DNA from: a virus
DNA length: 64,000 nt
IMG/VR virus record: IMGVR_UViG_3300010965_000002
Coordinates: 32,001-96,000 of that record
Strand: one strand, 5' to 3'
The notes below the pieces were generated by a model, which saw only the letters and a list, made by a program, of their open reading frames with translations, was not told the origin of the DNA and made no database searches. Shown piece after piece: positions 25,685-34,914 of the stretch. Position numbers and translations under genes: made by a program. The number at the start of each line of letters is the position of its first letter. Position 1 is the first letter of the stretch.

Positions 25685-25803
25685 CAAAAGTAAATTACCA
25701 CGAAGGTAGTGGTGTCGTTTTGAACTCGGGCAGCTTCCACTGCCACAAGTTGTGAGGGCGCTATTGCGCAGACAAGCCGGGTGAACCGGCTATCACGACG
25801 TGC
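25685..25803 (-). ncRNA. Candidate structured RNA or cis-regulatory element
   Basis: Intergenic; outer GTCGT/ACGAC stem enclosing GCCGG/CCGGC, GCGC/GCGC and GGCAG/CTGCC hairpins, then a hairpin and T-rich tract. Confidence 0.35.
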
Positions 25804-25805
25804 AA

Positions 25806-26099
25806 TCATGTGTTGAAAACCTCAAGAGAGAATGTTTTGAACACATACCCTCGTTGATGATGACCAAACATCTTTATTGCAATGCCCTTGGATTCGCATA
25901 CAAAGCCAAAGTATGTTTTGTTGTAAACGAACTCAGGGGCAAACATTTTGAATGCTCTGGATAACCGTATGAGCGACCAGTCACCTTCAACAGTAATACA
26001 GTCGGCACATTTAGTAATGGCACCCATGTTCGGTAGATTCAACCGTGGTAGGAGCTCTTTCATTTCAGCATGAACTTTATTCAGTGTGATCTTTTTCAT
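25806..26099 (-). CDS. Hypothetical protein
   Basis: GAGG RBS. Confidence 0.65.
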   Translation of the reverse strand: MKKITLNKVHAEMKELLPRLNLPNMGAITKCADCITVEGDWSLIRLSRAFKMFAPEFVYNKTYFGFVCESKGIAIKMFGHHQRGYVFKTFSLEVFNT

Positions 26100-26108
26100 G
26101 TTGACCTC

Positions 26109-26429
26109 TCAATGATGCACCGTGAAGGACACGCTGTGCTCATAAAGCATTTTGAGTAGCTTCTTATGAGGTGCGCTGTCATCGTATCGAAACCAGTTGA
26201 AGTCTGCACTCAATTCGATTCGGCCCTGGTGTACTGTGTAGTCAAAGCTGACCACCAGGTCTTCTTGCTTTGACGATAGCCTGTAGAACGTAACCTCTGC
26301 GGTTGTGTCTATGCTGTTGCGACCACCGGGATTGTCTTCACCGTCGTTAAGCTCAGTGGTCAGGAGCTTGACATCCACGTTGGGGTTGGTGAGCAAGTCA
26401 ACCAGTGCTATGTTGATTCTGGAACCCAT
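26109..26429 (-). CDS. Hypothetical protein
   Basis: GGAG RBS before MGSRINI, preceded by a GTGGAGGG/CCCTCCAC hairpin. Confidence 0.7.
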   Translation of the reverse strand: MGSRINIALVDLLTNPNVDVKLLTTELNDGEDNPGGRNSIDTTAEVTFYRLSSKQEDLVVSFDYTVHQGRIELSADFNWFRYDDSAPHKKLLKMLYEHSVSFTVHH

Positions 26430-26481
26430 TTCATTCTCCAAGTTGTGTGGAGGGTAACAAACGCCCTCCACGTTATACGAA

Positions 26482-26820
26482 CTACTTAACCAAGTTTGCT
26501 GTGGGCGCATTGGCTTTGTACGCGACTTCAAGTTTGCCGTGAACTGCAACCACCTGGCCGTGAACTGCAACCACCTGGCCGTGAACTGCATGACTGTCCA
26601 CATGGCTCAGTGAACCAGTTACCGGGTCATCGGGATACCAGACACGCAAACTCACATCACCGCGTTCCCGTTCAGGCTTCTCCAAGAGAATGCCGACCGT
26701 GTTGGGACTGTCTTGCCACTTGACTTCGATCAGCGTGCCTGGCTTGATTGCCATCACTATTGCTTTAGTCAGAGGCCGCTGCTTTTGAAAGGCAGTCAGG
26801 TAATCGGCGCTAGTGCTCAT
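26482..26820 (-). CDS. Hypothetical early protein with 7-aa tandem repeat
   Basis: GGAG RBS; first gene after promoter copy 3. Confidence 0.7.
   Translation of the reverse strand: MSTSADYLTAFQKQRPLTKAIVMAIKPGTLIEVKWQDSPNTVGILLEKPERERGDVSLRVWYPDDPVTGSLSHVDSHAVHGQVVAVHGQVVAVHGKLEVAYKANAPTANLVK
26536..26590. repeat. 21-bp perfect tandem repeat (about 2.6 copies)
   Basis: GCCGTGAACTGCAACCACCTG x2 plus 13 nt; encodes (VHGQVVA)n. Confidence 0.95.
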
Positions 26821-26867
26821 ACGATTTTCTCCATTTTTACCACGCGACACAGTTACCGCGTAGCTCT

Positions 26868-26898
26868 ATTGTACCACACTTTTTTGGCACTGTAAACC
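26868..26898 (-). promoter_or_regulatory. Sigma70-type early promoter (copy 3)
   Basis: GG-TTTACA-GTGCCAAAAAAGTGTGG-TACAAT. Confidence 0.88.
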
Positions 26899-26990
26899 GA
26901 TTTATTGTGCATTTTGTGGCTTTTTTACGTCATTTTTAGCTGTTTTTGGCCGTTTTTCTGGTGTTTTTGATGGTTTCCAGCCCTTTTTGG
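26899..26990. promoter_or_regulatory. Phased T-tract (curved DNA) array at the strand switch
   Basis: T3-T6 runs at about 26901, 26912, 26921, 26933, 26943, 26953, 26964, 26974, 26984 (10-11 bp period). Confidence 0.75.
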
Positions 26991-27155
26991 CACCCTCTGG
27001 CAATGCCATACATTCAGCCACTGGCCTTGGTAAGCGGCACATACTGGCGGGATAAACGTCCAAGCAGCCCCTTAAAAGACCCAAAGTTTGTGAACGCCAA
27101 TTTAAGACTGGAACGCAGAATTGGTTTGTGTTCTCTAACCTATGTGAGGAAACAG

Positions 27156-28676
27156 ATGCGCCGGAAATATATCCAGGAACGTGCATCCGTACTCAACACT
27201 GCAAGTGCCAAATCTGGTAAGCCCTTTATTGTGAGCGCAGCAACCGCTGCTCTGCCCCAAGTCGAAACAGCCTCTTTTGGTTGCAAGTCTTGCGGTACAG
27301 AATTCGCAAGCACCAAAGGCTCGGAACCGTTTTGTGTCAATTGTGGCTCAGAGGACGTATCTCAGACTCAGGCCGTGGCTCAAGCCATGCCCGCGACTGA
27401 TAAGTCCCTGTGCGCAATTGCCTGCAAATCGTGTAGCACTCACAACGTGTTGTCGGATGTCACCGCGAGCCTGCTCGATGGGCACATGCATTGCGTCGAA
27501 TGCGGTAATCAATTGTCTTACGACGTTGACGACCTGCAAGACCCAGTGACTGATGCTGACGAGTCGGGAATTGAAACAACTCTCAACACTGAGGCTGCTG
27601 AAACAAACAGCGCCGAAGATCGAGGTGGCATGACTGACAGCGCGCCTATCACTGACGCAACAGAGACAGACATTGCTGATGCTCTGCCAACTACGGAGGC
27701 TAAGACCGAAGTGAAAGCCGAAGCACCTGAAAGCAATGACGTACCTGCCGCTCCCGCCGCTGGTACAGACACTCCTGCTGCACCAACAGTGCCGGTGGTT
27801 GACCCAATCGTGGACAAGATCGAAGACGAAACTCTGATCGAGCACGCGCAGTGGGAACAACTGCCTGAAAACGAGCAAGACGGTTGCGAGTACAGCGAAG
27901 CCTCTCTGGCTGCCGTTGTTCTGGCGTCCAATCCAAAGGCAGCTTTAACGCTGGCAACTTCCGAAGATGAAATCCTCGCGTTTGCCGACGGTGTTCCTGT
28001 TGCACGGCTGGAAAAAGCCAATGCAGGTGAACACGCCGCAGTCTTCCACACCCAGTCGTTCATGCAGTCGATTGCCCGCGTTGCTGAAACCAAAGGCATC
28101 CGTGCAGCCCTCGCCTCTTACAAGTTCTCTGCCATCCGTGTGAAATTCCCGGTGAGCGCAGCGGTTCGTGCTAAGGTCGCAGCTAAACTGGAAACGGAAA
28201 CAGCTTCGGTTAAGGAAATGGCTGACAGTCACCGCGATGACCTGATGCAATGCGTAAGCATCGCTTCGGCAGCACTGACGAAGAACCTGTTCCGTACCAA
28301 GGCCAACGCCCTCAAGCGCGGCTTTGTGGATATGCTGACCACTGCGGGTGTGAAGAACGCCTCGACAATGGTTGATCGTGTGTTTGCTACGCACGGTGAC
28401 ACCTACAACAAGCAAGTTTTCGAGCTTGCCCAGGAGTTGCAAAGCAAGTCTGTTGACTATCGCAATACACTTGCGGAGTCGATGGGTGATCTGAACACAA
28501 TGCCTTTGGACATGCCTAACGGCGACACCGAAGAAGTTGTGGTCGAACACGCAAGTGGTTCTGCCTTGGAGTCTCAGATGGAAAGTGCAGCCGTTCGCGG
28601 TGTGCGCAGCCCGGTGGTCGCTTCGGTTGGTTCTATTCGCAATCTTCAAGCCGCCGCTGGTGGCAAACTTTTCTAA
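27156..28676 (+). CDS. Putative scaffolding/prohead core protein with two Zn ribbons
   Basis: GAGGA RBS at MRRKY; CKSC/CVNC and CKSC/CVEC; acidic Pro/Ala linker; helical C-terminus; upstream of capsid genes. Confidence 0.55.
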   Translation: MRRKYIQERASVLNTASAKSGKPFIVSAATAALPQVETASFGCKSCGTEFASTKGSEPFCVNCGSEDVSQTQAVAQAMPATDKSLCAIACKSCSTHNVLSDVTASLLDGHMHCVECGNQLSYDVDDLQDPVTDADESGIETTLNTEAAETNSAEDRGGMTDSAPITDATETDIADALPTTEAKTEVKAEAPESNDVPAAPAAGTDTPAAPTVPVVDPIVDKIEDETLIEHAQWEQLPENEQDGCEYSEASLAAVVLASNPKAALTLATSEDEILAFADGVPVARLEKANAGEHAAVFHTQSFMQSIARVAETKGIRAALASYKFSAIRVKFPVSAAVRAKVAAKLETETASVKEMADSHRDDLMQCVSIASAALTKNLFRTKANALKRGFVDMLTTAGVKNASTMVDRVFATHGDTYNKQVFELAQELQSKSVDYRNTLAESMGDLNTMPLDMPNGDTEEVVVEHASGSALESQMESAAVRGVRSPVVASVGSIRNLQAAAGGKLF

Positions 28677-28685
28677 GGAGCTCTC

Positions 28686-29390
28686 ATGCTTTATTTTCCG
28701 CAAACCCGCATTGAATTGTCGGTCGAGCGTCCTGTAGCGCAGGGCTCTCAAATCACCGCCGAAGGCGCTGCTCTGGTCAGTAACCTGACTGGTGGCGTGT
28801 ACGGTGTCAAGCAATCCACTGGCGCTGCAGGCGAAGTTTTCGCTGGCGTGTCCATCAACTCTGTGACCTCGCTGACACAAGCACCAAAGATTGAAGAATC
28901 CGTTTTGGGTAACACCAACGCGATCTTCCTGGCTGCTGATCCTCTGCCCGGTACTGTTCTGGTTGTTCGCAAGGACACTGGCGCTGTGTTGACCGCTGCT
29001 GCTTCCGCTGATGCAACCCACTACGCTGTGTCCGGCACCAATGCCAAGCAGTTCCTGTTTGACGCTGCTCTGCAAGGCGTGGCAATCAAAGTCGTGTACG
29101 CATACGCTCCTACTCTGGTGCAAGCAATGGCTCTGCAAGGCAACGTGTTGCCCGGCGGCCCTGCTGGTCAGTACCTGGGTCAAGTTGGCGTGGTCACTCG
29201 CGGCGACGCCTACACCGATCAGTGGGATACTTCCGCTGACTGGTCCTCTGCTGTTGGTGTGGTTCTGTTGGCGAACGGTAAGTTCGGTCCTACAGCAGTC
29301 GCTGCCAATGCAATCCGTGGTATCCAAATCATCGAACTGCCCACCGCTGGCCGTTCGTACTTGGGTCTCAACATCAACGCTGCTGTCTAA
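28686..29390 (+). CDS. Putative capsid decoration/cement protein
   Basis: AAGGAG RBS; Gly/Ala-rich beta pattern; directly upstream of MCP; high codon bias. Confidence 0.55.
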   Translation: MLYFPQTRIELSVERPVAQGSQITAEGAALVSNLTGGVYGVKQSTGAAGEVFAGVSINSVTSLTQAPKIEESVLGNTNAIFLAADPLPGTVLVVRKDTGAVLTAAASADATHYAVSGTNAKQFLFDAALQGVAIKVVYAYAPTLVQAMALQGNVLPGGPAGQYLGQVGVVTRGDAYTDQWDTSADWSSAVGVVLLANGKFGPTAVAANAIRGIQIIELPTAGRSYLGLNINAAV

Positions 29391-29401
29391 GGAGCACACA
29401 A

Positions 29402-30481
29402 ATGAGCAAGAAATTCCAAGGCATTCGCTTCTCTCAGCCAGTAGTTGCTGCAACTGAACTTCGTCGTGCAGGCGGTGAACGCTTCGTCGGCGCAAACGGT
29501 GAACTGAATGCGTCCTCGCGTTCTGACCTGTTCAAGCAAATGGCTGGCTTCCTGGAGCAAGCCGCTGCAACTGGTGCTGTTTCCGAAGAAAAAGCAACCA
29601 CCCTCGAAAAAGCCGCTGCCCGCCGCAATGCAATCACTGCTGCATTCACCGACCGCAACGCACACGCCGAACTGGGCGAAGTGCTGGCCGATGAACTGTA
29701 CCAGGCTGCAAACCGTGAAGGCTTCATGCGTCGTTTCCTCGCCAAGCAAGACTTGAAACAAGGCCAAATGCCTCACGTCAAGATGCGCATGAAGAACGTC
29801 GTTGCCACCGTGGTGACCTCTCCAGTGCAAGTGCAGGCTCAAGTCATTCGTGACAACACCTACACTCCGCCCGAGTTCAACATCGTGTCGCGTCCTTTCG
29901 TGGAAGACCGTGAAATTCAGCAATCGCTCGGCGACGTGCTGGAAGAAAAGTACCTGGAAGCGCAAGAAGGCATCATGGTTGCCGAAGACCGCTTGTGGCG
30001 TACCCTGGCCCTGCAAACAGTGAACATCAGCAACCCGCTGACCAACATTGTGGGCACTATGACTGCCGGTGGTCTGATGACCCTGCGCAACCAAGTGACT
30101 CGTTGGAACATTCCTGTGACCGCATGGCTGGTGGCGAACGACATCTGGAACGACATCGTTGGTGACTCCTCGTTCCAACAAGTGATCGACCCTGTGTCCA
30201 AGTACGAACTGCTGTTGACTGGTCAGTTGGGCGTGATCTACGGTATGACCATCCTGTCGGATGCTTACCGTCACCCTGAGCACAAAGTGCTCGACCAAGG
30301 TGAAATGTACGTGATTGGTGACCCGATCAACCACGGTCAGTACACTGATCGCGGCGGCGTTACTTCTCAGCCTATCGACATCACCACCGAGAAGGTGCCT
30401 GGTCGCGGTTGGGTGTTCTCCGAACTCATGTCTATGGTCATTGCTAACAGCCGCTCTGTGGCTCGTGCGATTCGTACCTAA
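29402..30481 (+). CDS. Major capsid protein (HK97-fold inferred)
   Basis: 359 aa, strong codon bias, AAGGAG RBS, position after scaffold and decoration genes, followed by a hairpin. Confidence 0.8.
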   Translation: MSKKFQGIRFSQPVVAATELRRAGGERFVGANGELNASSRSDLFKQMAGFLEQAAATGAVSEEKATTLEKAAARRNAITAAFTDRNAHAELGEVLADELYQAANREGFMRRFLAKQDLKQGQMPHVKMRMKNVVATVVTSPVQVQAQVIRDNTYTPPEFNIVSRPFVEDREIQQSLGDVLEEKYLEAQEGIMVAEDRLWRTLALQTVNISNPLTNIVGTMTAGGLMTLRNQVTRWNIPVTAWLVANDIWNDIVGDSSFQQVIDPVSKYELLLTGQLGVIYGMTILSDAYRHPEHKVLDQGEMYVIGDPINHGQYTDRGGVTSQPIDITTEKVPGRGWVFSELMSMVIANSRSVARAIRT

Positions 30482-30535
30482 ACATCAACCTCAAGCGGCG
30501 GCCTAAAAACCGCTGCTTGTCACAGGAGAGCCAAT

Positions 30536-31057
30536 ATGAGTAAGAAACCCGTAAAGGCCAACACTGTCCAGCCAAAGTATTTTCGTGCTTTGGACTTGAT
30601 GTTGGCTGCGGTGGAGTATACCCGCAAAGGTATGCCAAACCGCGCTGCGAAGGCTCTTGCCGATGCTGCTCAAGATCAACAAATTGACGATGCAATCGGC
30701 CAATTGAGCGATCAACAGCAGACCCTGCAAGACGCTGACTTTGAACAGCAACAAGCGCCTCAACAGAGTCTCGACCTTCAGCAACAAACCAGCCGTGCTC
30801 TCGCCCGTCTTATCAAAGCCTCTCAGCAACAAGTTGCTGAAGGTCAAGATGACGGTGACGAAGACGAGGACGATGGTGCTGAATTCGACGAAGATGAAGT
30901 TGAAGACGATGCAGAAACCGCTGACCTGGCCGAAGACGATCTGAGCATTGACCTTGGTCAAGACGATCAGGAAGATGAAGCTGGTGAAATGGTTGTGCAA
31001 GCAAGCGTACAAGCCCGCTTGAGCCGCGCTGCTCGTAACAAGGCACGTCGCAGCTAA
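30536..31057 (+). CDS. Acidic hypothetical protein (head assembly region)
   Basis: AGGAG RBS; long D/E tract with basic C-terminus. Confidence 0.75.
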   Translation: MSKKPVKANTVQPKYFRALDLMLAAVEYTRKGMPNRAAKALADAAQDQQIDDAIGQLSDQQQTLQDADFEQQQAPQQSLDLQQQTSRALARLIKASQQQVAEGQDDGDEDEDDGAEFDEDEVEDDAETADLAEDDLSIDLGQDDQEDEAGEMVVQASVQARLSRAARNKARRS

Positions 31058-31070
31058 GACGTGCATTCTG

Positions 31071-31111
31071 GAGCCTCGTCGGTGTAATAACCCACGAGGC
31101 TCTTTTGCTTT
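31071..31111 (+). terminator. Rho-independent terminator
   Basis: GAGCCTCGT...ACGAGGCTC followed by TTTTGCTTT. Confidence 0.8.
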
Positions 31112-31128
31112 CTACGACTAATTTCATT

Positions 31129-31860
31129 ATGTTACAGACACAGACACCCGAAGCACCAAAATTGCCGCCAATTGAGCGCATGATTGTCAAAGGTGTGCAA
31201 GAAACGTTGGGTCAAACCTTTGGTTTAGCCCCAGAACGCATTGTGTTTTTTGCTTCCACGAACCGTATGAAAATTGCGGAACAGGTAGCTAAACTACATG
31301 AAGGTCTGGAAGGCAAGATTAAGTGGCCCTTGTTGCTCTTGCACCTGAACAGTCTGTCCCTTGGCTTTGTGGAAGGTATGCACGCATACAACACAAAAAG
31401 TTTAGCACGCCACGGCATGTACATGAAGGCAGCAGAGTCGCAAGACAGGTTGCTGAAATCGAATCTCGTTCCTATCGTCATGGACATCGAAGTGATCTAC
31501 ATGACAGATAGTTTTGAACAAGCCTTTGGTTACGCTACAGGCTGGTTAACTAATGCGGTACATAATCGCATGAACTTCACCGCAACCTACATGAATCTAG
31601 GGATTGATGTGCGTTGTGAAATGAGCCCTCAGATCAGTACGCCTGACAGAGAAGAAAGTATCGACCAACCAAATGTGTTTGAGTACACCAGCAACATTAA
31701 GGTTGCAGGCTACGCTAGCGATGCACACCCTGATGGTACGAGTTACGTGCAATTGCTGCACAAGCCCGTTATCAATGTGTCTATCGACGGACGGCCTGAT
31801 GAAGACCCTAACGTATGGAGTGGACGACATCAAATGCCAATTATGAAGGAAACCAAATGA
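31129..31860 (+). CDS. Putative tail completion/neck protein
   Basis: Position before sheath; pattern typical of tail terminators; start uncertain. Confidence 0.45.
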   Translation: MLQTQTPEAPKLPPIERMIVKGVQETLGQTFGLAPERIVFFASTNRMKIAEQVAKLHEGLEGKIKWPLLLLHLNSLSLGFVEGMHAYNTKSLARHGMYMKAAESQDRLLKSNLVPIVMDIEVIYMTDSFEQAFGYATGWLTNAVHNRMNFTATYMNLGIDVRCEMSPQISTPDREESIDQPNVFEYTSNIKVAGYASDAHPDGTSYVQLLHKPVINVSIDGRPDEDPNVWSGRHQMPIMKETK

Positions 31861-32303
31861 GTGGCGCTTCGCCCATGATTCCAGCTAGTGCTCAAACAGA
31901 TACGCCCAGTGGCTTTGTCTGTTCTGCGCCCTGGGCTACGGTTGACCGAACGCTCTATGTTGACGTTAAGTGCTATTTGGCTAGCGTCAAGTATAACCGA
32001 AACGTCCTGAGCACCCGGAATGCTGCAAAGTCCAAAAACAACGTCGCGCTTGACCAGACTTTCTTGTTGCCTCGTGCAGCACAAGGTCAAGCCAACGCCG
32101 AGTATGAGTACAGGGCGGTGCCTGAAAACCAGATGACGGTTATCAGCGCAAATCGGCCTGTACGCATCATCTTGACCAGAGAGAGCGGAGAGCTTGATCT
32201 AGGTCTACAAACAATCTTCATCATCAGCAGCCCTATTGTTTCTGTGCGGTTTTCAAACACGCAGAACGCCGGGGATGCCGAGGTGAATTTAATCGTCGTC
32301 TAA
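31857..32303 (+). CDS. Hypothetical virion-region protein
   Basis: AAGGA RBS, ATGA overlap. Confidence 0.65.
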   Translation: MSGASPMIPASAQTDTPSGFVCSAPWATVDRTLYVDVKCYLASVKYNRNVLSTRNAAKSKNNVALDQTFLLPRAAQGQANAEYEYRAVPENQMTVISANRPVRIILTRESGELDLGLQTIFIISSPIVSVRFSNTQNAGDAEVNLIVV

Positions 32304-32313
32304 GGAGCCACAC

Positions 32314-32526
32314 ATGAGCGTACTCGTTCAAAATCAAGGCTCCCACGTTGAATACGTGGATGTGGTGAACGCTAACACTGGCGAACGCGACACAGTAACG
32401 GTTCAACCTGGGGGTCGCGTTACTCTGCCACGAGGCTATCGCACAGCCGCCACTGGTATCAAGCTGCCGCATCTGCATGTCAGCGGAAACGACACTCCAG
32501 TTAGTCCTCTTCAACTCAAGGAATAA
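32314..32526 (+). CDS. Small hypothetical virion-region protein
   Basis: AAGGAG RBS; 70 aa. Confidence 0.7.
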   Translation: MSVLVQNQGSHVEYVDVVNANTGERDTVTVQPGGRVTLPRGYRTAATGIKLPHLHVSGNDTPVSPLQLKE

Positions 32527-32528
32527 CC

Positions 32529-34499
32529 ATGCCATTGACCTATTTTCGCAGTGATGTCTACTACGAAGAACAAGACCTGAGCCAGGCAATCGCTGGGGTT
32601 TCTACTTCGATTGGTGCCATTGTTGGCGCATCAAAGAAAGGGCCAATCGGTAAACGCTTGGTTACGACAGTTGAGGAGTACATCGACAAGTACGGTGTGC
32701 CTGACGCGCAAATCTCTTTCATGGGTTACTGTGCGATTGCGTTCTTGCAAGAAAGCAATCAACTGTGGGTAAACCGCGTTGTTGGCTCAAACGCGCAATG
32801 GGGTGGTCTGGTGCTGCATCAAGCCCAGCCGAACCAGTTGCTCAGTACACCTCTTGGCCCACTGCTGTTGAAACCAACGGTGCTTCCAGACCCAGATACC
32901 AATGGCGTGCCATGGGATGTGGTTGGTGGAACTACGAACGTACAAGACAACATCTTGTGCTTCTACTCTGACGGCCCTGGTAGCTATTCGCGTGATTTGA
33001 GCGTCAGCATCTATTCTGACAATCTGCGCACGCCTACAAATGCACATGCCTACGATTTTTCCACCATTGGAGTGATTATCGCTGGCGTTGACACTTCGGG
33101 TACTCTGCCCGCTGCGACGTATCAGTACGCTATTGCAGGTGTCAATCGCGTTGGTGAAACGCTACCTGCATTCGCGTCGGTTGCACTGCCTGGCGGTGTT
33201 GCTTCGTATGTGACTTGGGACGCGCAAGAAGGTGCCATTGGTTACTCTGTGTATCGTCTGAACCCAACCAGCTCTGTGTACGAGTACCTGACCACGGTTG
33301 GTGCTGCTGACAATTACTTTGTTGACAAAGGCTTGATCGCACTTGATGCCACTCGCGTGCCTGCAACGGCGCAACAGTTCTCGCCTGAGTTCCGCGTTGA
33401 TGTCTATGACAACACCGTGAGCCGCAACAACCCTGTTGAGTCCTTCCAGTGTACGTTGAAAGACTACACTGACGGTATGGGTCAGCAGTTGGACATCGCC
33501 CAGCAGATCAACGGTGTGAGCAAGTGGATTCGCGTTCAAAACAACGTGGGTGCATTCTTGAATGAGCCTGTGATCTACAGCGTGGCTCGTACCACACTGG
33601 GCGTTGGCGATAGCGGAACTGCCGTTATGTCGTCTAACGTGTCGATGGGCTGGAATGCCTTTGAAGACGACGAAGACGTTGAAGTGCGTATCCTGATCAA
33701 CGGCGGCTACGCAATCCCTGCGGTGCAAGCCAAGATGGACTCGATCTGCCACTCCCGCAAAGACTGTATTGCGATTTTGGACGTACCTCCAAACAAGCAA
33801 GAAGCGATGCGTGCGATTGACTACCGGAACATCAACCTGAACTTGAACTCGAACCGTTCTACGATCTACACGGCTGACGTGTACATTGAGGATGAGTACA
33901 CAGGCAAGCGTTTGTACGTGCCGCCATCAGGCCACGTTGCTGGTGTTTATGCTTACACGGACAACACAACGTTCCCGTGGTTTGCACCTGCCGGTATGAA
34001 TCGTGGTCAACTGCGTGTTCTGGGTGTGCGCTACAAGTACAACAAGGCACAACGTGACAATCTGTGGAAAGCTCAGATCAACTACATCCGTGACTTCAAG
34101 GGTATGGGTCGTGTGGTTTGGGAACAACGCACACTGCAAGTCAAACAATCTGGTTTCTCGTTCGTGAACGTGCGCCGCCTGATGGATACGATTTCGATTG
34201 CTATCCGCAAGGCATTGCTGTTCGATGAATTCGAGCCGAATGATGACTTCCTGCGTCTACAGATCAAGATCATGATCGAGGACTACTTGCGTGTGATTCA
34301 ACAGTCACGCGGTATCAAGGACTACCTGGTGGTTTGTGATGATCGCAACAACCAGCCGTACTACACGGACTTGGGTCAGCTTAACGTGGACATGCTTATC
34401 AAGCCTGTTCTGCCTGCCGAGAAGATTCGCTTACGCGGAACACTGACTCGTCAAGGTGCTGACTTCGGCGAGTTGATCGCGGCAGGCGCACTGCTGTAA
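32529..34499 (+). CDS. Tail sheath protein
   Basis: PxVY-like N-terminus, GAIVGASKKGPI, PPSGHVAGVYA, PWFAPAG.NRG, VNVRRL, FEPND. Confidence 0.95.
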   Translation: MPLTYFRSDVYYEEQDLSQAIAGVSTSIGAIVGASKKGPIGKRLVTTVEEYIDKYGVPDAQISFMGYCAIAFLQESNQLWVNRVVGSNAQWGGLVLHQAQPNQLLSTPLGPLLLKPTVLPDPDTNGVPWDVVGGTTNVQDNILCFYSDGPGSYSRDLSVSIYSDNLRTPTNAHAYDFSTIGVIIAGVDTSGTLPAATYQYAIAGVNRVGETLPAFASVALPGGVASYVTWDAQEGAIGYSVYRLNPTSSVYEYLTTVGAADNYFVDKGLIALDATRVPATAQQFSPEFRVDVYDNTVSRNNPVESFQCTLKDYTDGMGQQLDIAQQINGVSKWIRVQNNVGAFLNEPVIYSVARTTLGVGDSGTAVMSSNVSMGWNAFEDDEDVEVRILINGGYAIPAVQAKMDSICHSRKDCIAILDVPPNKQEAMRAIDYRNINLNLNSNRSTIYTADVYIEDEYTGKRLYVPPSGHVAGVYAYTDNTTFPWFAPAGMNRGQLRVLGVRYKYNKAQRDNLWKAQINYIRDFKGMGRVVWEQRTLQVKQSGFSFVNVRRLMDTISIAIRKALLFDEFEPNDDFLRLQIKIMIEDYLRVIQQSRGIKDYLVVCDDRNNQPYYTDLGQLNVDMLIKPVLPAEKIRLRGTLTRQGADFGELIAAGALL

Positions 34500-34578
34500 T
34501 GAATCGAGTGGGACAGCCGTTTCTCCAACGGTTGCTGTAGTTGGCAGCTAACCACTCCCCCTATTAAAAAGGAACATT

Positions 34579-34905
34579 ATGAAGCAGATTGTCGCTGAGA
34601 CAAAAGAACGTAAACCAGTGCAAGAAAAGGCTGGTCGTACTTCCCAAGTCTTCGGTGTCATTATGGAATATACCGAAGGCGGTGAACTACTGATTGGAAG
34701 CGGCTGCGTTGCCTTGACCAAGAAGTATGCCAAGTTCGGTGTTAGTGCTCACGTCCTTCCCGGACTTGAAGCTCCAGATGACAACAAAACCCCGCTGTTT
34801 ATGATCGTTGGTGCTACTGAGGGTGGTGTGCGTAAAGCAATTGACGCAATCTCTCCTGGCGATGCCAAGATGTACTATGACAGCATTATCAAACTTCCGG
34901 TATAA
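34579..34905 (+). CDS. Hypothetical protein between sheath and tube
   Basis: AAAGGA RBS. Confidence 0.7.
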   Translation: MKQIVAETKERKPVQEKAGRTSQVFGVIMEYTEGGELLIGSGCVALTKKYAKFGVSAHVLPGLEAPDDNKTPLFMIVGATEGGVRKAIDAISPGDAKMYYDSIIKLPV

Positions 34906-34914
34906 GGAGCAACG

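Noticed and set aside
26946-27155. N-terminal extension of the scaffold ORF as given in the track
   Set aside because: It runs through the T-tract array and has no RBS; GAGGA precedes ATG 27156.
27945-30334. Long minus-strand ORFs (516 and 315 aa) over the head genes
   Set aside because: Antisense shadows expected from biased codon usage of highly expressed genes. The same applies to similar ORFs over the sheath and tape-measure genes.
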